A stretch of 64,000 bases of DNA, taken from assembly GCA_041649155.1 (NCBI GenBank), contig JBAZNP010000001.1, positions 673,183-737,182 on the forward strand. Reading direction: 5' to 3'. A model generated the notes under the pieces. The model was not told the DNA's origin, did not search any database, and saw only the letters and a program-made list of their open reading frames with translations. The position numbers were made by a program, and so were the translations under genes. This DNA is from Patescibacteria group bacterium. Lineage in GTDB: Bacteria; Patescibacteriota; UBA1384; XYA2-FULL-43-10; 1-14-0-10-43-13. Below are positions 1 to 10,013 of this stretch, piece after piece. Numbering within the stretch: position 1 is the stretch's first letter; the number at the start of each line of letters is the position of its first letter.

Positions 1-258
1 TTTGCTCTGATCTCGCCAACTTTGGACACGTTAAAAACTGGTGGCTACATTGCTGTTTTGCCGGTAGATCCAAATGGCGCCAGCGAATATAAATATAAAT
101 CAGATGGCAAGCAATATAAGGCTATCGCAACCACGCCGGAAAGCTTGGTTGGTGTGACTGATGATAATAAGGCGAAAGAAAAAGCAGATGAGTATTATGA
201 TCCCAATACCAAAACCCGTTTTCAGATTTCCTCAGATGGAACGGCAGCAGCGTGGTGA
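1..258 (+). CDS. 3' part of a type IV pilin / GspG-like pseudopilin (starts before window)
   Basis: Frame open from base 1; YIAVLPVDPN...YKYKSDG resembles the C-terminus of GspG-like pilins; heads a pilin cluster. Confidence 0.55.
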   Translation, partial: FALISPTLDTLKTGGYIAVLPVDPNGASEYKYKSDGKQYKAIATTPESLVGVTDDNKAKEKADEYYDPNTKTRFQISSDGTAAAW

Positions 259-446
259 GTTGAAAGTGGAGAGTGGAAGGTGAAAAATATACAAATTATT
301 TTTTAAAAAAGATACAAGAGACAAGAAACAATGACCAAGCAATATTCAATAATCAAAGACCCAAACGTTTGAATATTTTGAATTTGGATATTTGAGGTTT
401 GTTTGTGATTTGTATCTTGTTGCTTGTTTCTTAAAAAAAGAATTTT

Positions 447-932
447 ATGCATAAAAAAGCATTTACATTGATTGAGCTTATGGTTACAGCTGCCATTATT
501 GTTGTTATGGCTGTGGTGGCTATTCCTGCTTTTAATAGTTATGGAGATAAAAACACCTTTAAATTACAGGTTACTGAAATACAATCATTGATAAATCAAA
601 CTAACGTTATGGCTAGAAATCCGGAGCAGGGAGTTACGAGGTATTTTATTAAAGTGAACTCCTCTGATATTTCATTGTATAAAACAAGCGAAAGTTCCGG
701 TAATTTAATAAAAAAAATAGCTGTCCCTGACACATACTCATTTACTTCCGTGTCCAGCGCATATCTTGTTTGTGACTCTCCTTCAAATTTTTGTTGTCCA
801 TTGACAGCGGTTGGTGCTTGTTCTTTGGCACCGACTTCCGGTACTGATTTTTTAACAGTAAGCGATACTAATTCAGGTGGTTCTGCAGTTATTGAGATTT
901 TTTCAAATCCATTCAAAGCGGAATTACAATGA
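447..932 (+). CDS. Type IV minor pilin (FimT/GspH-like)
   Basis: Class III signal KKAFTLIELMV followed by a hydrophobic helix. Confidence 0.8.
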   Translation: MHKKAFTLIELMVTAAIIVVMAVVAIPAFNSYGDKNTFKLQVTEIQSLINQTNVMARNPEQGVTRYFIKVNSSDISLYKTSESSGNLIKKIAVPDTYSFTSVSSAYLVCDSPSNFCCPLTAVGACSLAPTSGTDFLTVSDTNSGGSAVIEIFSNPFKAELQ

Positions 933-1525
933 AAAAAGTGATTATAATGACTAAGAACGTAAATATTGAAAAATATAAACAGGGTTTTGGCATTTTGGAA
1001 GTGCTGGTTTCTGCTGTGATTATTATTACTATTTTGTCGGTACTTGTATTTATAGGGAGATCAGCTTTAGCTAACAGTCTATATGCTCAAGGGAAAGCAC
1101 AAGCTATATATATAGCTCAAGAAGGGATTGAGCAAGTGAGACAGGCTAGAGATACCAACTGGATTGATGGAGATAATACGACGCAATTTGATGATGTCGC
1201 TTGGAATACAGCTATTAACGATTTAGTGCAACCAACAGCAGGAACGGTCTATGCTCCTAACTATGCACTAAATAGATGGGGGTTAAAAGCCACTACAACC
1301 GGAAGTAGTGATACAAATATTTTGATCCTGGGCCAGACATACAGAAGAGAAGTAAGAATAAGCACATTGGGTTCCTCGACAATTATGGCTGGTTCTGGCA
1401 GTAACGATGTAAATAAAAGCACCCAAAGTTTTAAGGTAACTGTTAAGGTGATGTGGGATCTCAACGGTCAAACAAAAAATGTGGAAGTTAGTGAAATCTT
1501 AACTAACTGGCGACCAAATTTTTAG
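929..1525 (+). CDS. Type IV minor pilin (PilV-like)
   Basis: QGFGILEVLVS prepilin motif; AIYIAQEGIEQVR; true start may be 947. Confidence 0.8.
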   Translation: MKKVIIMTKNVNIEKYKQGFGILEVLVSAVIIITILSVLVFIGRSALANSLYAQGKAQAIYIAQEGIEQVRQARDTNWIDGDNTTQFDDVAWNTAINDLVQPTAGTVYAPNYALNRWGLKATTTGSSDTNILILGQTYRREVRISTLGSSTIMAGSGSNDVNKSTQSFKVTVKVMWDLNGQTKNVEVSEILTNWRPNF

Positions 1526-1550
1526 AATCATGAATCAAGAATTATAAATT

Positions 1551-2291
1551 ATGGTAAATAAGAATTTAAAAACTAAAAGAGGGTTTACTTTACTCGAGAT
1601 TTTAATTGCTTCGGCTTTATTCGCTATGGTAATGCTTATGACAACTGGAACGATTGCTAGTAGTAGTTCTTATCAATCCAAACTAAAAACAATGCGGGAA
1701 ACAGGAGAAGAGACCCGAAGAATTGCGGATATGATGACTCAGGATATCAGGGAAGCAGATGGTGAAATGGTTGTCCAAGGGGGAACAGCTAGCGTGCCTG
1801 TTTTGAAATCATTTAGTACTGGGATTGCCTTACTGCAGTTTAATGAAAGTGTAACCAATTCCTTTTCTTTTTTTGCTTTTACGAATCCTGTTAATTTAAA
1901 TGCCGCGGATTCTTTTAGTAGAGCCGATGTATTGGTTTTGGCAAGTAAAGATAAATATAAGGTATATTTATTTTCAGAAAAATATGGCAAGGTTGACTAC
2001 AAAGAATTTGATAGGTTTGATAGTTCTGGAAATGTTAAAACATTAACATTTACTAATATGCAATCCATGAGTTTCGGCGCTGGTGAATGTCCTTTGTCTA
2101 CAAAGGTGGATTTAGAAGCTTATTTTGGAGGCTTCGCGCCAGAAAAAAATTCATTTTCTGCAAGTAAACAGCAGCCTTTCATTCAATTTAATATCAAAGC
2201 GAAAACTTTGGGTTACGCTACCAGCAATGTCTCATCCAGATATCAGACAGCAATTCAGTCTATGGTCACATCGCGTAATTATAATAAATAA
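1551..2291 (+). CDS. Type IV minor pilin (PilW/GspJ-like)
   Basis: RGFTLLEILIA prepilin motif. Confidence 0.8.
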   Translation: MVNKNLKTKRGFTLLEILIASALFAMVMLMTTGTIASSSSYQSKLKTMRETGEETRRIADMMTQDIREADGEMVVQGGTASVPVLKSFSTGIALLQFNESVTNSFSFFAFTNPVNLNAADSFSRADVLVLASKDKYKVYLFSEKYGKVDYKEFDRFDSSGNVKTLTFTNMQSMSFGAGECPLSTKVDLEAYFGGFAPEKNSFSASKQQPFIQFNIKAKTLGYATSNVSSRYQTAIQSMVTSRNYNK

Positions 2292-2355
2292 ATCTTGCTC
2301 TCATTTAAATTTTTATATATGGTTAAATTGTTGGAGGATGAGATTATTTTCATTC

Positions 2356-2422
2356 GTCATTCCAGACTTGATCTGGAATCTATATAAATAGTAACTGGAT
2401 CCCGTATCAAGTACGGGATGAC
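2356..2422. repeat. GTCAT..ATGAC double-hairpin miniature repeat (REP/dRS3/RPE-like)
   Basis: GTCATTCCAGACTTGATCTGGAATCT ... GGATCCCGTATCAAGTACGGGATGAC; first 33 nt identical to the copy at 5149. Confidence 0.85.
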
Positions 2423-2443
2423 AAAGATGTGGAATATAAAAAT

Positions 2444-3433
2444 ATGAAAAGAATTTTTTCAGGCATTCAGCCTTCAGGTATTATCCATTTAGGAAATTAT
2501 CTTGGTGCCATAAAACAATGGGTAGAACTTCAAAAAGATGTTGACGAAGCGATTTTTTGTGTTGTTGATCTTCACGCAATCACAATTCCACAAGATCCGA
2601 AAGAACTGCAAAAAAATATTCTTGCAACCGCTGCATTGTACCTTGCTTCAGGCATCGATCTAAACAAGTCAACAATTTTTGTTCAATCATCTAGGCCGGA
2701 ACATGCAGAACTTGCCTGGATTTTAAACTGCCAGGCCAAAATGGGGGAGTTGTACAGAATGACGCAGTTTAAGGAGAAGTCAGTTAAAGGTGATGCCGAT
2801 ATGTCTGGTGTTGGTCTTTTTGATTATCCTGTTTTGATGGCATCTGACATTTTACTTTATCAAACAAATTTAGTTCCGGTTGGCGAAGATCAGAAGCAAC
2901 ATGTCGAGTTAACTCGTGATTTAGCGCAAAGATTTAACAAAAATTTTGGAGAGACTTTTATAGTACCAGAGCCAATTATTAAAAAAGAAACAGCAAGAAT
3001 AATGGGACTTGATGATCCAACCAAAAAGATGAGCAAGTCTGCTTCTTCTCCCTACAATTATATTGCGATGACTGACAATGCTGATACAATCAGGCAGAAG
3101 ATAAAACGTGCGGTTACGGACTCAGGCTCGGAAATTAAATCAGGACAAGACAAGCCTGCTATTACAAATCTCCTCGCTATTTATTCAGAAGTTACGGGTA
3201 AAGTGGTGGGGGAAATTGAGAAAGAATTTAATGGCAAAGGTTATGGTGAATTTAAAAATGCGCTTGCCGAAGCAGTTGTCGAATACTTGAAACCAATTCA
3301 AACTAAATATAATGAAATTATTCGTGACGAAAAATCGCTTAGAGATATTTTAAAAAAGGGAAGTGAAAAAATTGCACCTCTAGCTCAAAAAACTATTGCT
3401 GAAGTCAAAGAAAAAGTTGGACTGGGACTATGA
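2444..3433 (+). CDS. trpS: Tryptophanyl-tRNA synthetase
   Basis: SGIQPSG..HLGNY, YPVLMASDIL, VPVGEDQKQH, KMSKS. Confidence 0.97.
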   Translation: MKRIFSGIQPSGIIHLGNYLGAIKQWVELQKDVDEAIFCVVDLHAITIPQDPKELQKNILATAALYLASGIDLNKSTIFVQSSRPEHAELAWILNCQAKMGELYRMTQFKEKSVKGDADMSGVGLFDYPVLMASDILLYQTNLVPVGEDQKQHVELTRDLAQRFNKNFGETFIVPEPIIKKETARIMGLDDPTKKMSKSASSPYNYIAMTDNADTIRQKIKRAVTDSGSEIKSGQDKPAITNLLAIYSEVTGKVVGEIEKEFNGKGYGEFKNALAEAVVEYLKPIQTKYNEIIRDEKSLRDILKKGSEKIAPLAQKTIAEVKEKVGLGL

Positions 3434-3873
3434 AACAAATTTTTATCAATACAGACGGAGGGTCCAGAGGAAACCCTGGGCCGGCGGCAATAGGGATTGT
3501 TTTCTCTGATTCGGAAGGAAAATTAATTCATAACCATAAAGAATGTATTGGCAAGGCTACCAACAATGAAGCTGAGTATGGAGCAATAATCAAGGGTCTG
3601 GAGATATTAGTTAAAAGCAAATGGTTTTTGGAGAATAACACTCCCGAAAGCAAAGTTATTTGTCGGTTGGACAGCAAATTGGTGGTTGAACAAATCAACG
3701 GCAATTTTAAAATAAAACAACCTCATATTCAGAGATTCATTAATCAAATTAAAACTATTTTGAGTGATTTTCATTTAAATATACAATTTATTCATATCCC
3801 GAGAGAAGAAAATAAGGAAGCTGATAAATTGGTGAATGAAGCGTTGGATGAAAAGGTGGAGAGTAGAAAGTAG
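3430..3873 (+). CDS. rnhA: Ribonuclease HI family protein
   Basis: TDGGSRGNPG, TNNEAEY, DSKLVVEQ, HIPREENKEADKL. Confidence 0.92.
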   Translation: MKQIFINTDGGSRGNPGPAAIGIVFSDSEGKLIHNHKECIGKATNNEAEYGAIIKGLEILVKSKWFLENNTPESKVICRLDSKLVVEQINGNFKIKQPHIQRFINQIKTILSDFHLNIQFIHIPREENKEADKLVNEALDEKVESRK

Positions 3874-3894
3874 AGAATGGAAAGTTCTTTTTGC

Positions 3895-3973
3895 GTCATT
3901 CCGGACTGTGGCTTGAGATCCGGAATCTATACAATAGTCGTGCTTCTGGATCCCAGATCAAGTCTGGGATGAC
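3895..3973. repeat. GTCAT..ATGAC double-hairpin repeat
   Basis: GTCATTCCGGAC..TCCGGAATCT ... GGATCCCAGATCAAGTCTGGGATGAC. Confidence 0.85.
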
Positions 3974-3987
3974 AGACTGTCAACATT

Positions 3988-4245
3988 ATGAAAAAAATTT
4001 CAGTAAAAGTTATTCCTGGAGCTAAAGTTGAGCAAATCCAAACAGTCCTTCCCCTATCATCCTCGGACTTGACCCGAGGATCTATGGAACATTCAAAAGT
4101 TTGGGTCAAGGGTAAACCTGTTGATGGAGAGGCTAATAAATGTGTAATAGAATTGCTTTCAAAACATTTCAGTGTTCCTAAAAGCAGTATTTTTATAGTA
4201 AGAGGGTTGACGTCGAGAAATAAGATAATACAAATTGAGAACTAA
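3988..4245 (+). CDS. DUF167 / YggU-family protein with an in-frame repeat insertion
   Basis: [10 protein letters not shown]...[24 protein letters not shown]. Confidence 0.85.
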   Translation: MKKISVKVIPGAKVEQIQTVLPLSSSDLTRGSMEHSKVWVKGKPVDGEANKCVIELLSKHFSVPKSSIFIVRGLTSRNKIIQIEN

Positions 4246-4264
4246 ACTATATTTATGGAGGGGT

Positions 4265-4843
4265 ATGAACGAAAGAAAAAGGAGTTGTAATCTTGAGCGA
4301 AATCGAAAAGGGTTTACACTTATAGAATTGCTGGTTGTAATCACGATTATTGGTATCCTGGCAACTGTTATTATTATTAATGTGTCTAAGGCTCGGGCAA
4401 AGGCTTCAGACGCACGAAGAAAGAGCGATATTTCACAGATAGCTAAAGCAATAAAAATGTTTTATACAGAGAAAGGTGAATATCCACATAATCCCAGCCA
4501 GGATACTGTACATCTTGGTAGAGATAATTCTGCAAGTGCTTCTTCTAACTGGGGGTGGCTTGGTGGTGATAATTATCTTAAGCCATATCTCAATATTTTG
4601 CCTACAGACCCGATAAATAAGTCCTCGCCACCACCACAACATATTTATTATTATAATGCTAGAGATACAAAGAACACCACACTACTAGGGGGTCCATATA
4701 ATTGGTTCTCTATTTATGCTACTAGTTTAGAGAATACCGGCGACAGCCAAACTTGTAGTGGAGGAAATCGATTTACTGTAGGCTACAGTCAGCCTTGTGC
4801 CTCAAATTATAGCAACGGATTTGGCATTAGTAGCGATAAATAA
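4265..4843 (+). CDS. Type IV pilin / GspG-like
   Basis: KGFTLIELLVVITIIGILA..KARAKASDARRKSDI..LPTDP; GGAGGGG precedes ATG 4265. Confidence 0.85.
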   Translation: MNERKRSCNLERNRKGFTLIELLVVITIIGILATVIIINVSKARAKASDARRKSDISQIAKAIKMFYTEKGEYPHNPSQDTVHLGRDNSASASSNWGWLGGDNYLKPYLNILPTDPINKSSPPPQHIYYYNARDTKNTTLLGGPYNWFSIYATSLENTGDSQTCSGGNRFTVGYSQPCASNYSNGFGISSDK

Positions 4844-5148
4844 AACCTCCTTATTGAAAAAAACGTAATCATACTGTATTCTAATGCCTAGAAGCGTTTA
4901 TTAGTCTGAAATCAACAGACAAGTATCACTATGTGAATACGCTAAGGGAAGAAAGCGATTTTTCGTGATTAGAACCCTTCGGCTGGCAATCGTAATTGCT
5001 AAAATCAAGCATTTTTTTGGCTGGTACCTCACTTTTGTTAGAATTATGAAGTTAGAATTATGAATTATGGTTCATAATTCAATATTTTCATTATTCAAAT
5101 CATGGTGGCCTTAAGTTATAATATAACGAGAGGCTTTTTTTATAATCC

Positions 5149-5215
5149 GTCATTCCAGACTTGATCTGGAATCTATATAAAATAATTGGATCCTCGGATC
5201 AAGTCCGAGGATGAC
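5149..5215. repeat. GTCAT..ATGAC double-hairpin repeat
   Basis: GTCATTCCAGACTTGATCTGGAATCT ... GGATCCTCGGATCAAGTCCGAGGATGAC. Confidence 0.85.
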
Positions 5216-5235
5216 ACAACACAAAAGGATGTATT

Positions 5236-8124
5236 ATGTTTAAAAAAATTGACCCTAAATTAAATTTACCGCTTGAGGAAGAAAAAGTTTTAAAGTTTTG
5301 GCGCGAAAATGACATTTTTAAAGAAACACTCAGGAAAGAAAGTCCAAAAGGTAATTTTGTTTTCTATGAAGGTCCTCCCACTGCAAATGGTCAGCCTGGC
5401 ATTCATCATGTAGAGGCACGTTCATTTAAAGACCTGTTTTGTCGTTACAAAACAATGCAGGGTTATCATGTTGAGAGAAAAGCAGGTTGGGATACTCATG
5501 GTCTTCCAGTGGAACTTCAGGTTGAAAAAGAGCTAGGTATTTCAGGCAAGTCGCAAATCGAAGATATCGTTTCCGGAGACAAAATAAAGTCAATTGAAAA
5601 ATTTAACGACTTATGCAAGCAATCAGTCTGGAAATACAAGGAAGAATGGGAAAAAATGACCGAGCGAATGGCATATTGGGTCGACATGGATGATCCATAT
5701 GTTACATATGAGCCAAAATACATTGAAAGCGTTTGGAATATCATCTCTGAGATTGATAAAAAAGGACTTTTATATAAAGGACATAAAGTAGTGCCTTACT
5801 GCCCTCGTTGCGGCACTGCTCTTTCATCTCATGAAGTAGCGCAGGGATATAAAAAAGTGACCGAAGAATCAGTTTACGTTAAAGTAAAATCCATGAAAGA
5901 TGAGGTTTGTTTCTTGGTCTGGACAACAACGCCTTGGACCTTGGCGGGAAATGCTGCGTTAGCTTTTAATTCAAACATTAAGTACGTTGTGGCCAAGAAA
6001 GACGGACAAAAACTTATTTTGGCAAAAAACAGGCTTTCAGATGTGTTAAAAGGTAATGATTATGAAGTTATTGAAGAATTAACAGGCAATGAATTAGTTG
6101 AGAAATATTCTACAAAAGAACTTGATTATGAACCAATTTATCCTGATGGTGAAAAATATTCCGAAGCAGGGGATAGAGCTTATAAATTAATTATAGCTGA
6201 CTATGTTTCTGATGCAGATGGCACTGGTATAGTCCATATCGCGCCAGCTTTTGGCGAAGATGACTATACATTCGGTTTTCAAAAAAATGGCATAAAAGTC
6301 TTGAAAACGGTTGACGAAAAAGGAATGGAGTTAGCCGGTGCCGGTGCTGGAAAGTTCGTAAAAAAGGCTGATTCTGATATAAAAATTGATCTGGAAGAGC
6401 GAAATATTTTATTTAAAAAAGAAGATGTCACTCACGATTATCCGTTTTGTTGGAGATGTGAGTCACCATTGCTATATTTTGCCAAAGACTCATGGTACAT
6501 TGCCATGAGCAAGGTGCGGGAAGATTTATTGAAAAACAATGAAGGAATCAATTGGAACCCCGCATATTTAAAACAGGGACGTTTTGGTAATTGGCTCAAA
6601 GAAATCAAAGATTGGGCCATTTCACGTGATCGTTACTGGGGAACTCCGCTTCCGATTTGGGAATGCGAGAAATGCAATAAATACAAAGTCGTTTCTACAT
6701 TAAAAGAAGTTGGCGATATTGATCCACATAAACCTTTTATCGATGAAGTGGAATTTGATTGCGAATGTGGCGGTAAAATGAAAAGAACATCGGAGGTAAT
6801 GGATGTCTGGCTCGATTCTGGAACTATGCCATTTTCGCAATATCACTGGCCATTTGAAAACAAAGAAACATTTGAAAAACAATTTCCAGCTGAGTTTATT
6901 TGTGAAGCTGTTGATCAAACACGAGGCTGGTTCTATACAATGCTTGCGGTTTCAACATTAATTAAAAACGAAACTCCTTATAAAAATGTTATTTCGGTCG
7001 GTCATGTTTTAGATGAAAAAGGCAAGAAAATGTCTAAGTCATTGGGAAACATTGTTAAACCTGAAGAAGCATTTCAAAAATTTGGTGCCGATGTTGTTCG
7101 CTATTATTTTTATGCGGTTAATCAGCCGGGTGAACCAAAACTATTTTCTGAAAAAGAGGTGGTTTCGTTGTCAAGAAATCTGTTTTTAACTCTATGGAAT
7201 GTTTTTTCTTTCTTTATGACCTATGCTTCAATCGATGATTTTAAACCAACAGGAAAAGTAAAAATTGATAATATTTTAGACAAGTGGATAATGGCCAAAT
7301 ATCAAAAACTTGTAAATGACGTCACAAAGTCGTTGGATCAATACGATCCATATCATGCAAGCAACTCTTTGATTGAATTTACAACGGAGCTTTCAACTTG
7401 GTATGTTCGTCGTTCTCGCAGAAGATTTTGGAAAAGCGAAAATGACTCTGACAAATTATCCGCATATGAAACTCTCTATCAAGTTTTGAATGGGATGACC
7501 AAACTTCTGTCTCCATTTGCACCAATGTTTGCAGATTTGTTGCACAGTCATTTAAAATCTAATTCAGATCCAATTTCTGTTCATTTGACAGAATATCCGG
7601 AAGTTTCAGAGCATGACAAAAAGGTTATTTTAGATATGGAACGTGCAAGAAAAATAGTCGAAGCCGGATTATCTGCTAGAGCTGAAGCAAAAATTAAAGT
7701 TCGTCAGCCTTTGCAATCCATTGGCTACTACGGAGAAAAATTAAGTCCTGATCTAGAAGAGATACTAGCAGATGAAATAAATGTTAAGGAAGTAAAAAAT
7801 CTTACAGAAAAATCAGAAAATGTTGTTAAACTTGATTTAAATATTACACCAGAATTAGAGAGAGAGGGTCAGGCCAGAGAGTTGGTGCGAAATATTCAGT
7901 CTTTGCGAAAAAAATCAGGTTTTGAAGTTGAGGACAGAATTGAACTATATTTTCAAACAGAATCTACTGTGCTTATTGAAATGATGAAAAAAATGCAAGA
8001 AATAATTGCAAAAGAGATTTTGGCGGAGAAAATTGAGAATATAAAAGCAGAAACTGAGGGCGAAGAAGAATTCTCTATTAGCGGCGAAAAAATCTGGATT
8101 GGTGTTTCAAGGGTAAAAAAGTAA
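5236..8124 (+). CDS. ileS: Isoleucyl-tRNA synthetase, type 2 (IleRS2)
   Basis: EGPPTANG-P-GIHH, GWDTHGLPVE, WTTTPWTL, DWAISRDRYWGTP, KMSKS; IleRS2-type C-terminus (EGQARELVRNIQSLRK). Confidence 0.96.
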   Translation: MFKKIDPKLNLPLEEEKVLKFWRENDIFKETLRKESPKGNFVFYEGPPTANGQPGIHHVEARSFKDLFCRYKTMQGYHVERKAGWDTHGLPVELQVEKELGISGKSQIEDIVSGDKIKSIEKFNDLCKQSVWKYKEEWEKMTERMAYWVDMDDPYVTYEPKYIESVWNIISEIDKKGLLYKGHKVVPYCPRCGTALSSHEVAQGYKKVTEESVYVKVKSMKDEVCFLVWTTTPWTLAGNAALAFNSNIKYVVAKKDGQKLILAKNRLSDVLKGNDYEVIEELTGNELVEKYSTKELDYEPIYPDGEKYSEAGDRAYKLIIADYVSDADGTGIVHIAPAFGEDDYTFGFQKNGIKVLKTVDEKGMELAGAGAGKFVKKADSDIKIDLEERNILFKKEDVTHDYPFCWRCESPLLYFAKDSWYIAMSKVREDLLKNNEGINWNPAYLKQGRFGNWLKEIKDWAISRDRYWGTPLPIWECEKCNKYKVVSTLKEVGDIDPHKPFIDEVEFDCECGGKMKRTSEVMDVWLDSGTMPFSQYHWPFENKETFEKQFPAEFICEAVDQTRGWFYTMLAVSTLIKNETPYKNVISVGHVLDEKGKKMSKSLGNIVKPEEAFQKFGADVVRYYFYAVNQPGEPKLFSEKEVVSLSRNLFLTLWNVFSFFMTYASIDDFKPTGKVKIDNILDKWIMAKYQKLVNDVTKSLDQYDPYHASNSLIEFTTELSTWYVRRSRRRFWKSENDSDKLSAYETLYQVLNGMTKLLSPFAPMFADLLHSHLKSNSDPISVHLTEYPEVSEHDKKVILDMERARKIVEAGLSARAEAKIKVRQPLQSIGYYGEKLSPDLEEILADEINVKEVKNLTEKSENVVKLDLNITPELEREGQARELVRNIQSLRKKSGFEVEDRIELYFQTESTVLIEMMKKMQEIIAKEILAEKIENIKAETEGEEEFSISGEKIWIGVSRVKK

Positions 8125-8144
8125 TAAAATATGTTCATTCATTG

Positions 8145-8226
8145 GTCACTGCGAAAAGCGAAGAGATGAGGTAATCTGTAAGAGCATTAGATCGCCACGT
8201 CTCGCTTACGCTCGACTCGTGATAAC
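8145..8226. repeat. Degenerate GTCA(T/C)TGCGA..AATCT-type palindromic repeat pair
   Basis: GTCACTGCGAAAAGCGAAGAGATGAGGTAATCT ... AGATCGCCACGTCTCGCTTACGCTCGACTCGTGATAAC. Confidence 0.55.
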
Positions 8227-8234
8227 TATCAAAT

Positions 8235-9350
8235 ATGTCAATAAAAATTAAAACTTTTGATATAGTTTTGCCAGTTATTCCCATAATGATCTTGGCCATC
8301 AGTACAGCTGTAATATACAGTTTGGTTTTTAATACTGCAGATTCTTATCTGGTCTTTCGGCAGGGCTTGTTTATATTGGTCGGAATTGCGCTAATGGCGA
8401 TCGTCTCATTTATCGATTACAGGATGTTTCGGGGGATTAACTGGATACTCTACATTATAGGAATTTTGTTGTTATTATACGTCGATTTTTTTGGGAAAGC
8501 AGCTGGTGGGGCAATGCGATGGATCAATCTAGGTTTTTTTCAACTTCAACCGTCTGAATTGGCAAAGATTTTTTTAATTTTTTCTTTTTCCGCTTTTTTT
8601 TCCAAAAAAATAGGTAAATTACAATGGCGTGATATATGCATTTCAGTATTAATATTGCTTCCGCCGCTTTTCTTAGTTCTTAAAGAGCCTGATTTAGGCA
8701 CAGCCCTTGTCTTGTGTTTCATTTATGTAATAATTCTTTTTCTCTCTAAGCCGACAAAAACTCAATCGTTGGTTATTTCAATGCTTTTAATTATTCTTGC
8801 AGGGTCTTTGTTACTATCAACTTTTAAAGTCAAGCCATTTGATAAATTAATGCATGATTATCAAAGAAATCGGATTTTAACCTTTATCGATCCAAGTTTG
8901 GATCCGTATGGCAATGGATACAACGTCAGACAGGCTCAAATTACCATTGGATCCGGAGGATTATCAGGTAAAGGATTGGGCCGAGGTTCTCAAAGCCAAC
9001 TCCGTTTTTTGCCTGAGCCATATACTGATTTTATTTTTTCTGGTATCGCAGAATCATTCGGATTTTTTGGAAGTTTTGTACTTGTTAGCTTGTATGCTCT
9101 TCTTATAATTAAGATAATAAATATTGGTAATTTAGCGAGAGATAATTTTGGAATGCTCATATGTATCGGTACGTCTGCTATGTTTTTGTTTCAGATTTTA
9201 GTGAATATAGGCATGAATTTAGGACTTGCTCCAGTTACGGGAATTCCACTTCCTTTCGCGAGTTGCGGCGGTACTTCGCTGGTTGTCTATTTATTTTTGA
9301 TCGGTCTGGTTCAGAGTGTGTTCATTCGGCATAAAAAAATATCATTTTAA
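8235..9350 (+). CDS. rodA: Rod shape-determining protein RodA (SEDS family)
   Basis: GAMRWINLG.FQLQPSE, EPDLGTA, GYNVRQAQITIGSGG, FLPEPYTDFIF, PVTGIPLPF. Confidence 0.92.
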   Translation: MSIKIKTFDIVLPVIPIMILAISTAVIYSLVFNTADSYLVFRQGLFILVGIALMAIVSFIDYRMFRGINWILYIIGILLLLYVDFFGKAAGGAMRWINLGFFQLQPSELAKIFLIFSFSAFFSKKIGKLQWRDICISVLILLPPLFLVLKEPDLGTALVLCFIYVIILFLSKPTKTQSLVISMLLIILAGSLLLSTFKVKPFDKLMHDYQRNRILTFIDPSLDPYGNGYNVRQAQITIGSGGLSGKGLGRGSQSQLRFLPEPYTDFIFSGIAESFGFFGSFVLVSLYALLIIKIINIGNLARDNFGMLICIGTSAMFLFQILVNIGMNLGLAPVTGIPLPFASCGGTSLVVYLFLIGLVQSVFIRHKKISF

Positions 9351-9495
9351 GCAACAGATAGATATAAACAGAAAGACGCTATTGACTTTTTTGAGAATAT
9401 TATGTTAAATTATAAACAGTAAGGCCGTCGGTCTTTTTTAGATTTACTTAGGTTAATGGTTATTGAACGATAATGAATTTAAGGTTAAGGAGATT

Positions 9496-9825
9496 ATGTT
9501 TGCAGTAATTTCTCACAAAGGAAATCAGTATAAAGTGGCTCTTAACAAAGAGTACAAAATAGACTTAACTGATGAATTGGGCGAAGATCAAAAGAAAATT
9601 GTTTTTTCTGATGTTTTGTTGATCAACGATGGTAAAAAGAATGTTGTCGGCACACCTGTTATTAAAGATGCTAAGGTGGAGGCTGATTTCGTAAAAAACA
9701 TTTCAGACGAAAAAGCTTTGGTTTTTAAGTTCAAGGCCAAGAAAAGATATAAAAGGACTCAAGGGCATAGACAGTCATATAGTGTTATAAAAGTGACTAA
9801 TATCTCATTGAAAAATGAAAAATAA
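9496..9825 (+). CDS. rplU: 50S ribosomal protein L21
   Basis: MFAVISHKGNQYKV...KKRYKRTQGHRQ; AAGGAG before ATG 9496. Confidence 0.93.
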   Translation: MFAVISHKGNQYKVALNKEYKIDLTDELGEDQKKIVFSDVLLINDGKKNVVGTPVIKDAKVEADFVKNISDEKALVFKFKAKKRYKRTQGHRQSYSVIKVTNISLKNEK

Positions 9826-10012
9826 TATAATAATAAATTACTTTGTTAGTTCATGGGCCGAATTGAAAAAAGTTACCTGGCCTACTAAAAAAGAAGTTTT
9901 AAACCATACCGTAATTGTTGTTGTTTCCGCTACTTTGGCGATTGGAATAACCGGAGCGGTGGACTATGGGCTTACTTATTTAGTTCAATATCTTGTTCAA
10001 ATAAAGGGATAA
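9815..10012 (+). CDS. secE: Preprotein translocase subunit SecE
   Basis: ELKKVTWPTKKE plus single TM; precedes nusG. Confidence 0.93.
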   Translation: MKNNIIINYFVSSWAELKKVTWPTKKEVLNHTVIVVVSATLAIGITGAVDYGLTYLVQYLVQIKG

Positions 10013-10013
10013 T

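Noticed and set aside
4860-5140. T-box riboswitch upstream of ileS, or a 27-aa minus-strand ORF
   Set aside because: No AANNNGGGTGGTACC-type T-box consensus (only a partial GCTGGTACC) and weak ORF support.
9383-9411. TTATGTTAAAT (perfect XerD arm) as a dif site
   Set aside because: No XerC-like arm 6 bp upstream; better explained as part of the rplU promoter (TTGACT..TAAATT); far from the strand switch.
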